From NCBI RefSeq assembly GCF_003704095.1, contig NW_020847149.1, forward strand, positions 62,001 through 126,000: a DNA stretch of 64,000 nt, in the 5' to 3' direction. The notes under the pieces are model-generated. The model did no database searches and was not told where the DNA came from. It saw only the letters and a list, made by a program, of their open reading frames with translations. Shown here in pieces: positions 33,901-47,200 of this stretch (position 1 is the first letter of the stretch; each line of letters starts with the position of its first letter). This stretch comes from Pocillopora damicornis. Taxonomy: Eukaryota. The position numbers and the translations under genes were made by a program.

Positions 33901-36900
33901 GGAACACTATGGTAAAATGACGGAATTTTGGAAAAATTGGAAAAGCAGCCAGGTTTTCTGCTCTGATGAAAACGAAGTTAAACGATTGAGCTCTAAACTG
34001 TCGCTGCGGGCCGTCGTCTTACAGCACGGAACAACACAGAACAGTACAGAACAACACACTGTAAACTGTCAGCGAAAACACTCTTAAGCACTATTCAGAC
34101 AATTGCGACAGCATGGTCACAGTATAACAATGCGTCTTACTGTTTACCGTTTACCCAATCGAGTATTGAGACTGGAGACTTAGGCGGTCTTGGAGACAGT
34201 TGTCTGACGTACAGACAGCTGAACTAATTACGCTGAACGTACCGCAGTGAAGTTTTAATTTCAAAGCTCTGTTAGGGACGTGAAGATCACAAGAAAGGAT
34301 ACTACTCTGCCTTCTGAGGATTCAATCGAGAATAAGCTTTGATAAGTTGAGCTAATGTCTTCACATCACGGGAATCCTCCCTGCAAATACAATATAAGCT
34401 ATGTTGATCCCTGGCCACAAAAAATTGAACATGATCAACCATACCCCTGATAAACAGAGAAGATAGTTTATTCAACTGAACCACCCCCAACTATAGTGAC
34501 GTCATGTTTGTCGTTACGTCACACCTCTTTCTAGAAGTTCGTTCAACCGGATTTATTACCGGTCTCTTTGATTAATCCCGGGCGAGAAATTTTCCCATGC
34601 ATCGGGTACGGAAAAAAAAAATCCCACTTTTATTCACTGCAGTAACTGAGCTGAAATTTCTGACACAAACAGTCACCGACGGAAATATCAGCTGACTAAC
34701 CAAGCTGATATTTCCTACGTGAACATAATGCAAAATTCGCTTCGTTCCCCGGGACTATGTGAAGAGGCTCTTGGCCGATTTCTTTCTCAGACCTCTGCAA
34801 AGAGTAGGTAAGATTTGACATACTTATGCAATTTCTCCAGCATGTCCACTGCCTCTTTAGCTTTACCATGTTGCAGTTTATATGCCACATTTTCTCTCAT
34901 CAAGGACAAAACCTCAGACTGTCTCATCATCGCCTATAAAAAAAGAATTGCGGCGTTAGAAAATAAAACAATTCCGTTGCCCATTTCGTTGCCCATTCCG
35001 TGAAGCCCTTTTCGATTAAGTTTTGTAAAACTAAAACCAAAGTAGTCCCAACGACTAAACGTAACATCGGAAAATATCACAAGAAGTTCAAGAAAACTAA
35101 AAAAGAAAACAACAACAAATGCAGTGACTATGTGGCGATGGTTTTAGTTCACACTGACTTTAACTCCCACGATCAGATTGTTCATTCGCCCCTGTGGCTT
35201 CTATACGTTTCTTTGAAAATTAGTTATGAGAATTTGGTGTTAAATCAAAATAAAAACTTCCACCTGATAAGTTTGAGTATTCTCATTACATGTTTGCTGG
35301 ATAATGTATGAATATTATAGGGAGATGTTACATGCTAATCACGGCTTCTGGGAGTTAAAACGTCAAGTATATGTGGCTCCGTTGTTCGAAGGTTTGATAA
35401 CGATATCCACTGGATAAATTTCCATCCGTTGGATAGCGCAGTACGTTTTGTTAACATTTGTCCGCTGGATAGCGATTTATCTGTTGGATAGCGTTATCTG
35501 CCCTTTTAACAACTGGGCCCTTATTGTTTAGGAGAATGGCGCGAATTTTCTATTACAATCATAGAGCGAAGTTAAGCGAAACCAATGGGATATTAGATAA
35601 GTTATAATACTCAATTTCAAAGTTGTTCCTTTCTACAGGCCTCTTCTAAAGGGTCACCCTAGGAACAAAGGGCTATGGGCCATTATGGATAGGTTGAGTG
35701 AAATGCTTCAGTATAAAATCGCTCCAGTCTCCCGTTTACTAACCTTGTTCTTCTGAGCATGCTCAACAGCATCATCAAGGACACCAACCGCAGAACTGAT
35801 GTCCCCAAGATGAGAATACATCGTCACCAGAGCAGACACCTGGTTTGGAGATAAACACAACGGCAGTTGAAGAGAATGAAACGTATACTCACTGCCTTGC
35901 CAACTTAATTACTCACCACGCCTGGTTTATAAGCCAAGTCTTTGATTGAGCGCAGCGTTGTACAAGCGGTGGAAACATTTCCTGTAGGATAAAATAACGC
36001 AGGCCGGTTTCAGAATGTTACCTCCTTATGAACACACCCCATACCCTAAGGGAGGTTTCATCATATCATTTCAATCGGTAAATGAAGAGCTACTCTCTAG
36101 AAAGGTTTCCAATAATCATTATCATCATTATTATCATTATAATAATCCTGTTGTAAAATTATCTGCAAGATGACCACAACACAAAAGAATAACAAAAGAG
36201 TAACAAACCTTGTGCCAGATAGAGCTGCACTAATGTAAGTTTCACATTTGTAGCAGTGTCGTCATGGGAGTCTGCGTAGTTCTAAAAAAGACAGTCAGAC
36301 CAAAAGACTTTGAGAAGGGTGTCTCTGTGTGAAGAACATGCACCAAAGTGGTCTACACTGAGACTTTGTTATTCCAGTACAAATTCAGGAAGTTTGTGCA
36401 ACTACAACAAACCAAAACTCTTTTCACATCATATAACATGACTTTAAATTTTTTGTACCCAGTCTAGTTAGCAGGAGGCAGAGTTCAACGCTTATGGAGA
36501 CAGGGATACTGCCTTCACCTTGTGGACTGCCAGTAAGTTTCTTGGATTTTTGGCTTTCAAGTTTACCTCCTTGGGAAAAATCAGAGTTTACATAAGAAAA
36601 TAACATACCTTGAGCAGTTCAATTGCTTTATCAGAATGTTTCTCTCTGTGCAGAAGTGATGCTCTCATCAGACAAGGAAAATCACTTCCAGGGTATTTTG
36701 TTTCCAAGGTGGATATCAAGCTACGACAAGCTTCAAGCTGTTTGTAGGAAGAGACGTAAAAATTTAAGACTGTTATGGAAGATAAGCAAAAGTTGGGTGC
36801 ATGAAATAAAGTGCAAGTGAAATTAGTGGGAGTGCCGAGAAATAAGTGAAATTCATGACAGCTTTTTTCTAACAATTGCAACCTCTATGTCCACTTGCTT

Positions 36901-39900
36901 ACCATTTTTAGCATGCCTACTTTTCCCCTCAAATCCATTAGCTGTGAGCCTAGCTCAAGATAAGTTTGGCCAACTGCATTACATTTATAAAATGTACATA
37001 TAGCCCCACTGTTCTTCAGGACCACTACTCAAGGCATTCACCATTAGCTAGACTGATAAGTCAAAAAACTGACTGGAGGTTTTTCAAAGGAGATTCCTCT
37101 AAGTTTTATGAGAGTTTTCTCAGAATCAAGAATTCAATTTTAAAATAAAACTGATATGGCCAGAGAGTTCATTAGAAGAATTCTCATTTTGAATGCACCA
37201 CTCAGCTATGCCACAAAGTTCTGACTAATACAGGGTGCAACTATTGTCATGGTTGTGCAGTTTCTTGAAGGGGAAACAATTTGTAACAAACCCAAAAAAC
37301 TATTTGGTATAGAAAGGGTAGCAAGTGGTAAAATTCAGAATTTGCCAGAAACTGATAAACCTGTTCCCCCTCCTATACAGTGGCCAATGGTTTAGCTTTA
37401 CTGAAATTATTGCAATGTACTCCATAGAGTTGTACAGTTATACTTTTAAAAATACTTGTTTATGTGACATGCTTTTTCTTGAATTGCATATTACACAGTT
37501 TGTCAGTCAAAATGTTGACTTTAGGCTACTCTACCTACAACCTTTGACAAAACTGCAATAATTTGAGACCAAAATTAAAGGCACCTCAAATAAGACTGTA
37601 TTGAAGAATTACAAGATTTGAGACTACGTACTGTAAAAAGTTTGCAAGACCCCTGAGTTTCCAAGTAGCATTTACCACCCTTCACTTTCTCAAATCTTGA
37701 AGAGCCCAATTTCTTAGGGTCAGTGGAACTTTAAGAATAAATATTCAACTAGAATTACCTGATTTGTGTAGAAGAGCAAGAGGCATCTGTTAAATGCCAT
37801 TGTTCGCTGTTGTGATGCAGTGGATTTGTGTTCCAGTCCATCTGCAGTCATTGATTTAACTTTCTTCTTTGAGTCAAACACATCTCGGTCCTAACAGTTT
37901 TATGAAATAGACAAACATCTTCAATCTTCTCTGCGAAAAAGCATCTACTTTACCTAAATATATACACAATATCTGATATGTGGAGCACCAGAAGTGGTTA
38001 TTTGGGATAGCCAGTTTTCATCTCAGGCATGTATTGTATCCCCAATATTTACATTCTTCTCCTACATAATTATATTCTTTTAAAAACATGTGTATTAACT
38101 ATTAAAGAAAGTACCTTATTGTGTGAATACATGTAGATTTAAATTAACATATACTTGTATTAAAATTTGGTCTAACCACTCAACTTCCAAGATCTGATTG
38201 TTAGTTCACCCCTTTAGCTGCTACACATTTCCTTGTAAGTTAGTTATAAGAATTTGGTGTTAGATCAAGACAACAGAAATAAGTATTCTCATTATCTGTT
38301 TGCTGGATAATGCATAGATATTATTGGGAGAAGTAATTTGTTAATCACTTCTGTAAATGGGCTGAATAGGTGATTGATCAATCTGCTTTCTATCATCACC
38401 AAGTCAGCTAAAAAGGTACCTGCCTTGCACTAACATTCAAATGATGAGCTAAATGTTGATTGATGGAAAGGATAGACAGTGTAAAGAACACATAGACTGC
38501 CTACCCTGTTAAGAGTGATGATATTATTGGAGGCAACAGCTGCTAAGGCAAGGTCATCAGGCCTGTGCAAAATTTAGAAAGAAAAAAGATTATCAGAATG
38601 ATTCATATTTTTAAGTCGTATCAATGAAAGAACAACAGAGGCCTAATCCTATCACTGTTTTAATTGAGTCAATAACAAAATACATGAATCCCATCGACTC
38701 TTGGCAGCCTAAAATTATTGCTTGATTTAGCTGATACAAAACCTGTCCAAAGAACCAGCAGCTTATAATTATGCAGGTCAAATCAGAAAGTTCAACAGCC
38801 AATCAAAATCAAGGAGCAACATTGAGATGCGAACATTGGAATGAATGCTGACCAATCAAATTTGAAACTAATTGAGAAATTCTTAAATTATCTTTAGTGA
38901 GCAGCTTCTTGAGTTAGCAACCTCTTGGAAGCAAAAGCAAATGAAAATTACAACTCAATAGAGTATGGTTTCCTTCTCAGGAAAACAAAAGAGTTGCGCA
39001 CAATAAAAATGCATTATTTTTAATCCAGCTTTAAACAGATGTAGGACTTTGTGATTGTATCAAATATTCTTATCTGATGAATATATCTTTTACATTATTA
39101 GCTGTTTTAGCATGATGTACTGCTGAGTATAGTTTACAAGCAACAAGTAAAAAATACTCAGCAATACCAAACACCAAAATGTCTTATAAGTTATTTATTA
39201 TCAAGCCACTCTATTTCATAAGCATTCTTTATCAGGCAGGAAAAGTGAAGCAAATAAATCGAGAAGTGGTTTGTAACAGGTTTTTTTTAAATACTTAGGT
39301 TTTTTTACAATTATACAAAATAACCAACTGTTTGAATAACCATACAATATTTCCTGACATCTGTATTTGATTTGCACCTTATTGCTGGAGTTGGATAATA
39401 GTAGGGCTTCATGTCAAACAATTCAAAAGAAATCAAGCCAATAATTTCAAATCATCTTCCTGCTATGGTCTGAGCCAATTTGAAATTACTTGCCTGGCTA
39501 ATAATTGAATTGCACGCCATTCTTTGAACTTGCCATTCTAAGCTATATAGAATTTTCCACAAGTTAAAAACATAGTACATACTTTGATTTAAGAACTTGA
39601 TTGTACAATTTCTGTGCATCGTCATTCTTTCCCTGGAGCTGATAAGTGTACGCAAGCTGGGTCCTGACAACTCCCAGCTCAGATTCAATATCTTCCTCAG
39701 CAATGTCCTTAAAGCAAGCAGATTTTAGCTTCAGTGAGGAATCCTGGATCTTTTATGAGAAAAATACTTCATTTAATTTGTTATACATGTACCGTTTTAG
39801 TGGAACAAACTCTTTGAGAATGTGATAGTCCAAGTCTGAACCCTTGACTAAGTTATCAAAACCACACATTCCACAAATTGCTTTACTTCTTCCTCACAAT

Positions 39901-42900
39901 CCTAAATCTACATGTCACAGACAAAATAGTTATGACACTCCTGCTTCTGCAATAGTTCACTCTGTATTTATGATAAAGACTTACAGGATCATCTTCAAGG
40001 CTTTTTTGACACAGCTCTGAAAAAAACAAATTAGCATATGAAAGTCATATAAAATTGATATTAAACTGGAGAGGGCAAACCTGATACACGCCCCCTCCCC
40101 TCCAGCATATGGCCATCATTGGACACAAAGGATCACATGAAAACCAATTCTCAATAGTCACTGACAATGATAATGGTGAATGTATATACACTTGTTTTAC
40201 CCACTGGGTGACTACTTCAATTTCCATAATTTCTTAACATCCACTCAGGGATCTTTGCAATCAAATACCATGTGGACAGCTGGCCTTATGTCTCTAAACA
40301 TTCACTAAGTGATCTTTGCCATCACAAAGACCATGTGGAAACCACGCTTCATGTATCAAAGAATGAAAATCAACAGATACCTCCTGCCTTTTTAAGCTTT
40401 TGCTGAGCAGTTTCTACATCATTCTGACCTAGAGAAAGGCATGCTGCATTGTAACACAGCTCATAAGTGTCTTCTCTTAAACCTGGGACTTCCTGAAACT
40501 AATAAGTTGAACTAATAAACAATGAAGTTCTCAAAGTTTATTTTATAGATTGATAATGATGTAGCAAAGAGGTAACTAGATAGGTAGAGATCTTCTTTTG
40601 AAAGTTAGAGACTGAGTCCCTCAACAATTTCAGCCACAGAACCCTTTATCGACTTACCATGATTGCTTAATAAAGATTGTTGCAACATACCATTAGCGAC
40701 AAGAAAATGTTTCATTAAAGTTTTCATTCTTTCTTTTACATTTCTTTAAGTCATAACCACATGGCAATATTTTCAATTGATAGCAATCAGACACAAACAT
40801 ATGTCACTCATAATATCTCTAAGCTGAGCAACCTTGAGCTGAGAACCTTGGTTATGAGAGCAAATCCTGGACTTTGAAACCTTGGAAAGAAATGAGGGAC
40901 TCCCACACTGATATAAAATACAAATACACTTTAAACAGTACTTCAGCACTCATTGCAAATACTGACGAGATTTCAAGATTGGATAGAAAGTTTCTAAAAC
41001 ACGCAATTCCTCAAGGTACTATTTTCTATTCCAAAAATAAAATCTGTCTCTTAGAAATGCTGATTGTTCAATGGTTCTGACTTTAAAACACCCACAATAA
41101 ATATTTTGCCTTTTGATAAGGATTGAATCCTCACCAAGAATGAAGCAAAAGTTACATGTAGTAAGAGCTACATGTGCACCTGGCCCTAGTTGTTTAAAGG
41201 CTAGTCATAACACTATCTGCTGGATTCATCTCTGTCCAGTGGCTAACACAGTATGCTTTGTTATTGTTTATCTGCTAGATAGCAATTTATCTTTTGGATA
41301 GTGTTATCCACCCCCTATACAACTAGGCCCAGTAGTTCTGCGAGATCAGATCAGACATATACCATCTGAAGTCCTCCCCACTGTGATGCGGCAGCAATAA
41401 CAGCAGCAAGGTTAGTTTCTCTTTCATCTCCATACTCATCCTATAGAGCATTTATTTATAAGTGACAATGGAAATAATCATAAATCAAAAGTAAATTGTT
41501 TCTCAAAATGAAGATCCAACAAAAATTTGAAAGGTTTGACTCAGAATATAAGAACTCATGATCATGAACAGAAAAAGTTCAATTTGTAATTATTTAGCTG
41601 TATAATTATGTAGTTTACTAAATGGTGTAAGGGTTGTCAAAATAGACAGGTAACTGGTGTATATCATTGTTTAACTATGAAAAACAGGGTGGTTATTTCA
41701 AATGTTTGTGCCCAATTTTCAGCATGGAAGCAAAACATTGTGCGGCCTACTTTGTATCACAGTCAGGTACTCAAAATCTTTTTAACAACGCTAGGCTGTC
41801 ATGCAGCCTAAATGGATAACAGGCATTGAGCATCTTGAAAAATTTTGCCTTGTAAATATTTTAAGTTGGTGATAACCTTTAGACCAAGTGGTGTTTACCT
41901 GAGAATTCTTGATTAAATCTTTGTAAAGATCCAAACAAGTCCTATAATCTTCAAGCCTATAGAGCTGTAGCAAGGAAGATTGCAACAAAACTTCTTTTAT
42001 TATACTGTTTGAGAAGAAGTGTTAGTATAAAAGGTTACAATATTTTGTTTGAATTGATAAGGAAAGAAAAAAGTTTCTCTTTTTTATTTAAAATACGCTA
42101 CTCACTATTTGAGCTTTCAATTCCTTCTCAGCTTGTGTTGGTTCAGCAATGGCATTGAGAATATCCAGAGCCTCTTGAGTTTTGTTGAGACGATACAGAC
42201 AGTAAGCCTTTTCAAAACGAAGTTCAATGTCTATCCTGGCAAGGGTTAAAATTTATGACAACAATGAGGCAGAAGACTAACAACATTACGTCAATCTTGG
42301 TTATATTCCATTTCAAAAAGGTTTCTTTTTACTAAGTAAGCTTTACCCTCTGAATATATACCTAGTAATCCAATTCATCTTTTGTTTTATAATCAATACA
42401 AAATATTTTCCAAAAATATAGGATAATAAGCACTTCAATCAAAGATACAATTGAAACACAGCATGTACATAATCTTACATTCAGTTGATAAAGCACCTAT
42501 ACCATTGGTCTTCATAACTTTTTTCAAACTCTATTTAATAAGATGTGCTACATGTACTTATAATAAACTGCATTATTACAATACCATACTCTACTAACAA
42601 CCCTAATGCTACATACAAAAACAAACTAACATTTTTAACAAAATTTTTGGTGTTAATGGTGTAATTTTTTTATATACTATATACTAATACAGAAAAAGAT
42701 GCAGACTTAAAATTTTAGTGCCTATGCTACATCACCTTGAACACATTACTCACAGTACTAATACTAGTTGCATTTATAGTCTTCGTAAACTAAATATTTA
42801 ATTAAATTCCTCATTGGGAGAGTAAAAAGCACATAAAAAGAAATATGTTTTTTTATCTTGTCACAAATTTGATGATGAATCACACTCAAAATTTTTGTCG

Positions 42901-43393
42901 TTATCCCACACTCGTGGCAAGACGAAAAAAAAACCTTCCTCTATTTCTGTACCAAGCTAAAAATTTACCTAATGATTCTATTCACACAAAAGGACATCAT
43001 TACCAATTTGTTTGTGGCAAAAAATATAACAATTATTAGTTGTAATCATAAAAACCATTAACGAGGTTAAATGCTATCATCTATTATACCTACCCTTTGT
43101 TTGATGCTGATCTGATAACGTCCACTGCTTCACGAAAGCATGACTGATGGATAAGACAAATAACTTTACAGTGAAATGCCTCTTTGTCATCAGGCTTCTC
43201 TTGGAGAACTGAGTTAAATGAAAATAACCGGCTAAAAGTTAATTCAAATGAGAAATAAAATAAAATAAATGATGCCTATTTCTTTTATCTTACTCTTATT
43301 CGCAATTTTCTGCGCCTTGACGTAGTTTCCGTCCTTTGCAAACTTGTCCAATTCCGTAAAAAGCTGAGGGATACTAGGCGACGTAGCCGCCAT
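30508..43393 (-). CDS. SRP72: Signal recognition particle subunit SRP72 (about 21 exons)
   Basis: First exon 43294-43393 (MAATSPSIPQLFTELDKFAKDGNY). TPR region with FEKAYCLYRLN (42106-42235) and LYRLEDY. RNA-binding motif GKLPKNY...DPDPERWIPKRERTYY (about 32897-33007). GKGTQG exon 31644-31680. Last exon 30508-30667 ends in KKKKGGW*. Confidence 0.97.
30858..31005. mobile_element. Short remnant resembling Penelope-like element terminal repeats
   Basis: AATTGGCCACCGTAAA...GCTGACGTCTCGAGCGTTAGC...CCCACCGACGCAGCACCACAGTTTCTTTAGAAACT, with a related remnant at about 54640-54730. The family assignment is from recall. Confidence 0.45.
32354..32558. mobile_element. piggyBac-type MITE
   Basis: TTAA|CCCTTTAACCCT ... 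AGGGTGTGAAGGG|TTGA. Aligns with the copies at 799 and 51799. Confidence 0.8.
33664..34302 (-). other. U12-type (minor spliceosome) GT-AG intron in SRP72
   Basis: 5' site GTATCCTTT and branch site TTCCTTAAC (33680-33688) about 17 nt from the terminal CAG, with no polypyrimidine tract. Splicing restores the frame KAEYYSEKL. Confidence 0.93.
35158..35366. mobile_element. piggyBac-type MITE, reverse orientation of the 12559 copy
   Basis: CTTTAACTCCCA...TGGGAGTTAAA termini, with the internal reverse complement matching 12559-12763. Confidence 0.75.
35375..35520. mobile_element. Palindromic MITE (possibly PIF/Harbinger-derived)
   Basis: GGCTCCGTTGTT ... AACAACTGGGCCC termini and internal GGATA/TATCC inverted motifs. 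Confidence 0.7.
38173..38365. mobile_element. Degenerate piggyBac-type MITE
   Basis: Internal match to the 35158 copy (GATCTGATTGTT, AGAATTTGGTGTTA, GTATTCTCATTA, TGTTTGCTGGATAATG). Confidence 0.65.
41181..41330. mobile_element. Palindromic MITE, same family as the 35375 copy
   Basis: GGCCCTAGTTGT ... ACAACTAGGCCC terminal inverted repeats. Confidence 0.7.
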
Positions 43394-44014
43394 ATTAGCT
43401 TTAAATGTTAAACCGAGCAGGTAATTGGTATGAACAGCGGTAATAGAAGATTTAGAGAGACTGTCTTGTTGTTGTAACAGTCACATACAGTCGACATCAA
43501 GTATCTTAAATATTTGAATATACTTTTATTGTTTTTTTTTTAATTCATTCTTGGATGGAAAAAGAGATTTTTAAAATAGTAAAATTGAACTTGAAAAATG
43601 ATTTATTTTATTTTAGTCTGAAGGAATGTATGTACCAACGTTAAAGAATTAACAAAAGATTATGTCAGGCAAGAGGATACATACAGTTTTCATCACATCG
43701 TTAATTTTTTGGGAGTCATGATCACACAAACAATTATTACGTGAACCCAGGAGAGCGAGATGTGACGTTCAACGTATACTACGACCTGTTTCCAAATTCC
43801 GTTACTGTCCTAGTCACAGTTCGTGTGTCACGTGCCTTGCGTTACTTAATCAAATCTCCCTGTGACTCAATTGGTCAAAAATTGGATAAATATTTTTAAT
43901 AAAGACAATGGCTGTTTATTTGAAGTATTAAATAGGACAATAGAAGCGACTGATCTGATTGGTCGAGAAACACGTCATTATAGATATATTGGGTTTGTGC
44001 ATTCTGTTCATAAT

Positions 44015-44057
44015 TCCCTCGGGAGGGTTACATCGCAAATTCTGCTGTCCTTGGGGA
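44015..44057. promoter_or_regulatory. COE/EBF binding motif(s) upstream of COE
   Basis: TCCCTCGGGA (44015-44024) is a perfect TCCCNNGGGA match. TCCTTGGGGA (44048-44057) has one mismatch. Confidence 0.6.
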
Positions 44058-44282
44058 GTTGAACAGCTCACAAACTCTTCACGACAACAAAGAAACCTGC
44101 GACTTGTGACCGCGACCCGATTTCAAGACATAAGACCGGCAAACCCGCGAATTAAGGGTCAGATCGACTGTCCGTCGACTAGTAAAACGGGACTCACAAC
44201 GCACTCGAGTGAAAATATTTGCCGAACTCAGCACGGCAACGCAGGATAAATTTTTAGCCATTTTCAGTTCACTGTTACATTC

Positions 44283-47200
44283 ATGCAAGAACATAGCGTT
44301 ACTTCACCGCTAAAAGAAGAAAGCGTCGGCTGGATACAACCAGCTACCATGGACAGTAATCAAGTGGCCAGGTTGGGTGTTTTATACTTTGGCGCGTACT
44401 AATTTCCTCTGGCAAGTAGTAGCGTAACACTGATAGCGTCGTCTGTATAAGCCACGTGATTGCAAATTCTCGAATACTGAACTCTGTGCATGGAATATTT
44501 TCTTTCAACAAAACTTTCCAGACTTAGTTTTACCTGGACTTTTATTTGTTTTATCCAGCGGGTACGGCTTGGCCAGAGCACATTTCGAGAAGCAGCCTCC
44601 TTCAAATCTCCGCAAGAGCAACTTTTTCCACTTCGTTTTGGCGTTCTACGATCGCACGGGACAAGCAGTTGAGATCGAGCGCGCTGCTTTCGTGGGTTTC
44701 ATCGAGCACCTGCCTGTAAGTCTTATTGTAGTTATTTACCCAGTTAAGTAATTAAAAAAAGTAAGTGTTTAGGCAACTTTCTTGTCTAGATGTGACTAGT
44801 TTTGCTTGTTTCTTGGTCACTTAGGATCAGAAGAACGTTCGAAATGGTGCATCTTACCGGCTACAACTTCTCTATAATAATGGTGAGTGGTTCGTGTTCA
44901 CTTGTCCATGTGTGTGTACATTTGACGGACGATGAAGTGTGTATGAGTGAACTTGTTATCAAATTAAGACAGACCCCGGTGGGAATATGAAAGTCACTTG
45001 TGGACTGATAACCGTCGACAAGGGAAAAGTGATCCGCAGTCTTTAGAGACATGTTTTGGTTCCAGTGTCCTAACCACGTCTTCATCGCGTTTCTTGGCAG
45101 CTGTTCATCTAACGGAATGCGACAATATTCGCGCTGTAGTATTTACTTAAGTTGCTGAGGTAGTTGCTTCTCTAAACAAACTGTACAAGTTGTTTGCTAT
45201 GCCTTAGGGGTCAGTTTCAATCGCTGATAAATGTCTGGCGAAAAAAAACCCTTTGGACCAACATGAAAAACAGTCCTAAAGAGAAACGGGTCAAAGTGCG
45301 TCGAAATTCACAAACGCGCGTAGGGCTAAGTGCAAAGGAAACTTTATTTTACTTGATTTCTTTGACCCATTATTTTTCCTTCTCTTTTTCGTAGGCATTA
45401 GAAGTGAGCAAGATGTATTTATTCGCCTTGTTAACTCGGCGACAAAGCAAGTAAGAAGTGAAATTTGTGTTGCGTTCATGTTTGAAAAAAGAAATTACCA
45501 TACATTTTACTTCCCAACTTATGAAGCTAATTAGCATTCTTTTCCAGCTACACTAATGAGTTGTTTTCATGCTACCAAAGCGCTGACAATAGACGACTTG
45601 AAAGTTCAATTACCTATTGACCTGAAGTCGTTTCCGTTCTTCATATTTTTCTATCATAATTCAACGAGGAAAACGTTAGATTAGACCTTGAAAAATACGG
45701 AAAAAACCTTTACGTGAGTTGGACTGCTAAACAGTTTTTTTTTCTTCCTTAGTGATGAGTTTTATTTTCAGATTTGAGCAAGAGATCTTGCTAGAGCAAA
45801 TGTTTTGGTGACCATAGTTACATTTTGTGTTTAAAAGACTGAAAGGTTAGATTAATACCGAAGTTGATCAGTTAGAAAGAAAAAGATGTTATACATAATC
45901 TTTTTTTAATAATAAAATTAAAGCTAAAATGTTTTGTTTCCCTCAGCCTATTGTATATGAAGGGCAGGACAAAAACCCTGAGATGTGTCGGGTTCTCATG
46001 ACACATGAAGTTATGTGCAGGTAATTTTTCCAACATTTCCTTGGGTTAGGATGATTTTAGAATTTGGGGGACATTTTGAAAGTTCTGGACCTTCCCCGGA
46101 CGTCATTCATTAGCTAAAAATCTAAGTGTGGTGTTGAATGCTAATTACTAAGAATCTTTTGTCTTTTCCTTTTTTAAGCCGATGCTGTGAAAAGAAATCA
46201 TGCGGCAATAAAAATGAAACACCATCAGATCCTGTTATAGTAGACAGGTACTGTTGACTAGTAACAATGTAATAGAATTATGTTCCCATGTGGTGCTTAA
46301 AGCTGAAATCTTCCCTAAGGGAAAAGTGGACCATGTTCCACTTCTAGGCCTTAGGAAGGTATTTTTATTCCTATTGTTAAGCTATTGAATTCAAAAGATT
46401 ACATGCAGAGGTGTGAAAGATGCTCTAATTGTTGTCAGCTTTTGTTTGCTTTTAACAAATACCTTCGTGAAATGTTGTTTTGTCATAATAAATGATGCTA
46501 TCTTGGAAACTGTTTTAATTCTCTCAGGAATGGTATCTACTTGTTGATCATTTTTTGAGAAAACATAGTAAAAACTGAGCTAAAAGTTTTCTCCATTTTT
46601 TTTTTGAAGGAATAACATATTTAAGTTACACCTTAGTAATTAAAACCTGGTTAACTTAAATAATTAGCCTTGATAAACTTTGTTGACAATTAACATTTGA
46701 AAAGAAATTCCTGAGCTAATCTGATTTTTTGTCACTGTAGAAACAATTGGCTATTGTTTATATTTCAATTTAAGATATTTGTGTGTTATATTGCCTGTCT
46801 GTTTCCATGGATATTCATATTTAATCAACCTGCTATTGTATGAACTCCAGGCTAGAGTGTTGAAGCTATTTATACCCACATATACTTGATATTGGTTTGA
46901 CAAGGAAAAGCAGCTCTGCTAACCAAGCTTGTAAAAACTGTGCTAACAGAATATTTTGTATTAGTTCATTGATGATGATGAAATATTGTAGTGTTTTAAA
47001 TAAATAGTATCTGAAGTGTTAAAAATCAATATTTATGTGGGTGTATCCACCCACATTTAATAACTGACAGAGGTTATTTCACAAAAAGCATTTCCCTGGC
47101 ATTTCCTTTCTATTGATAACTGACAACAATATGAACTCATCATTGTCATTATCCTCATGTTGCATACGTGACATAAGGCCCTACCATGCTAGGTCAGAGG

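Noticed and set aside
46312-46322. Second COE site in COE intron 6 (TCCCTAAGGGA)
   Set aside because: The spacer is 3 bp rather than the required 2 bp.
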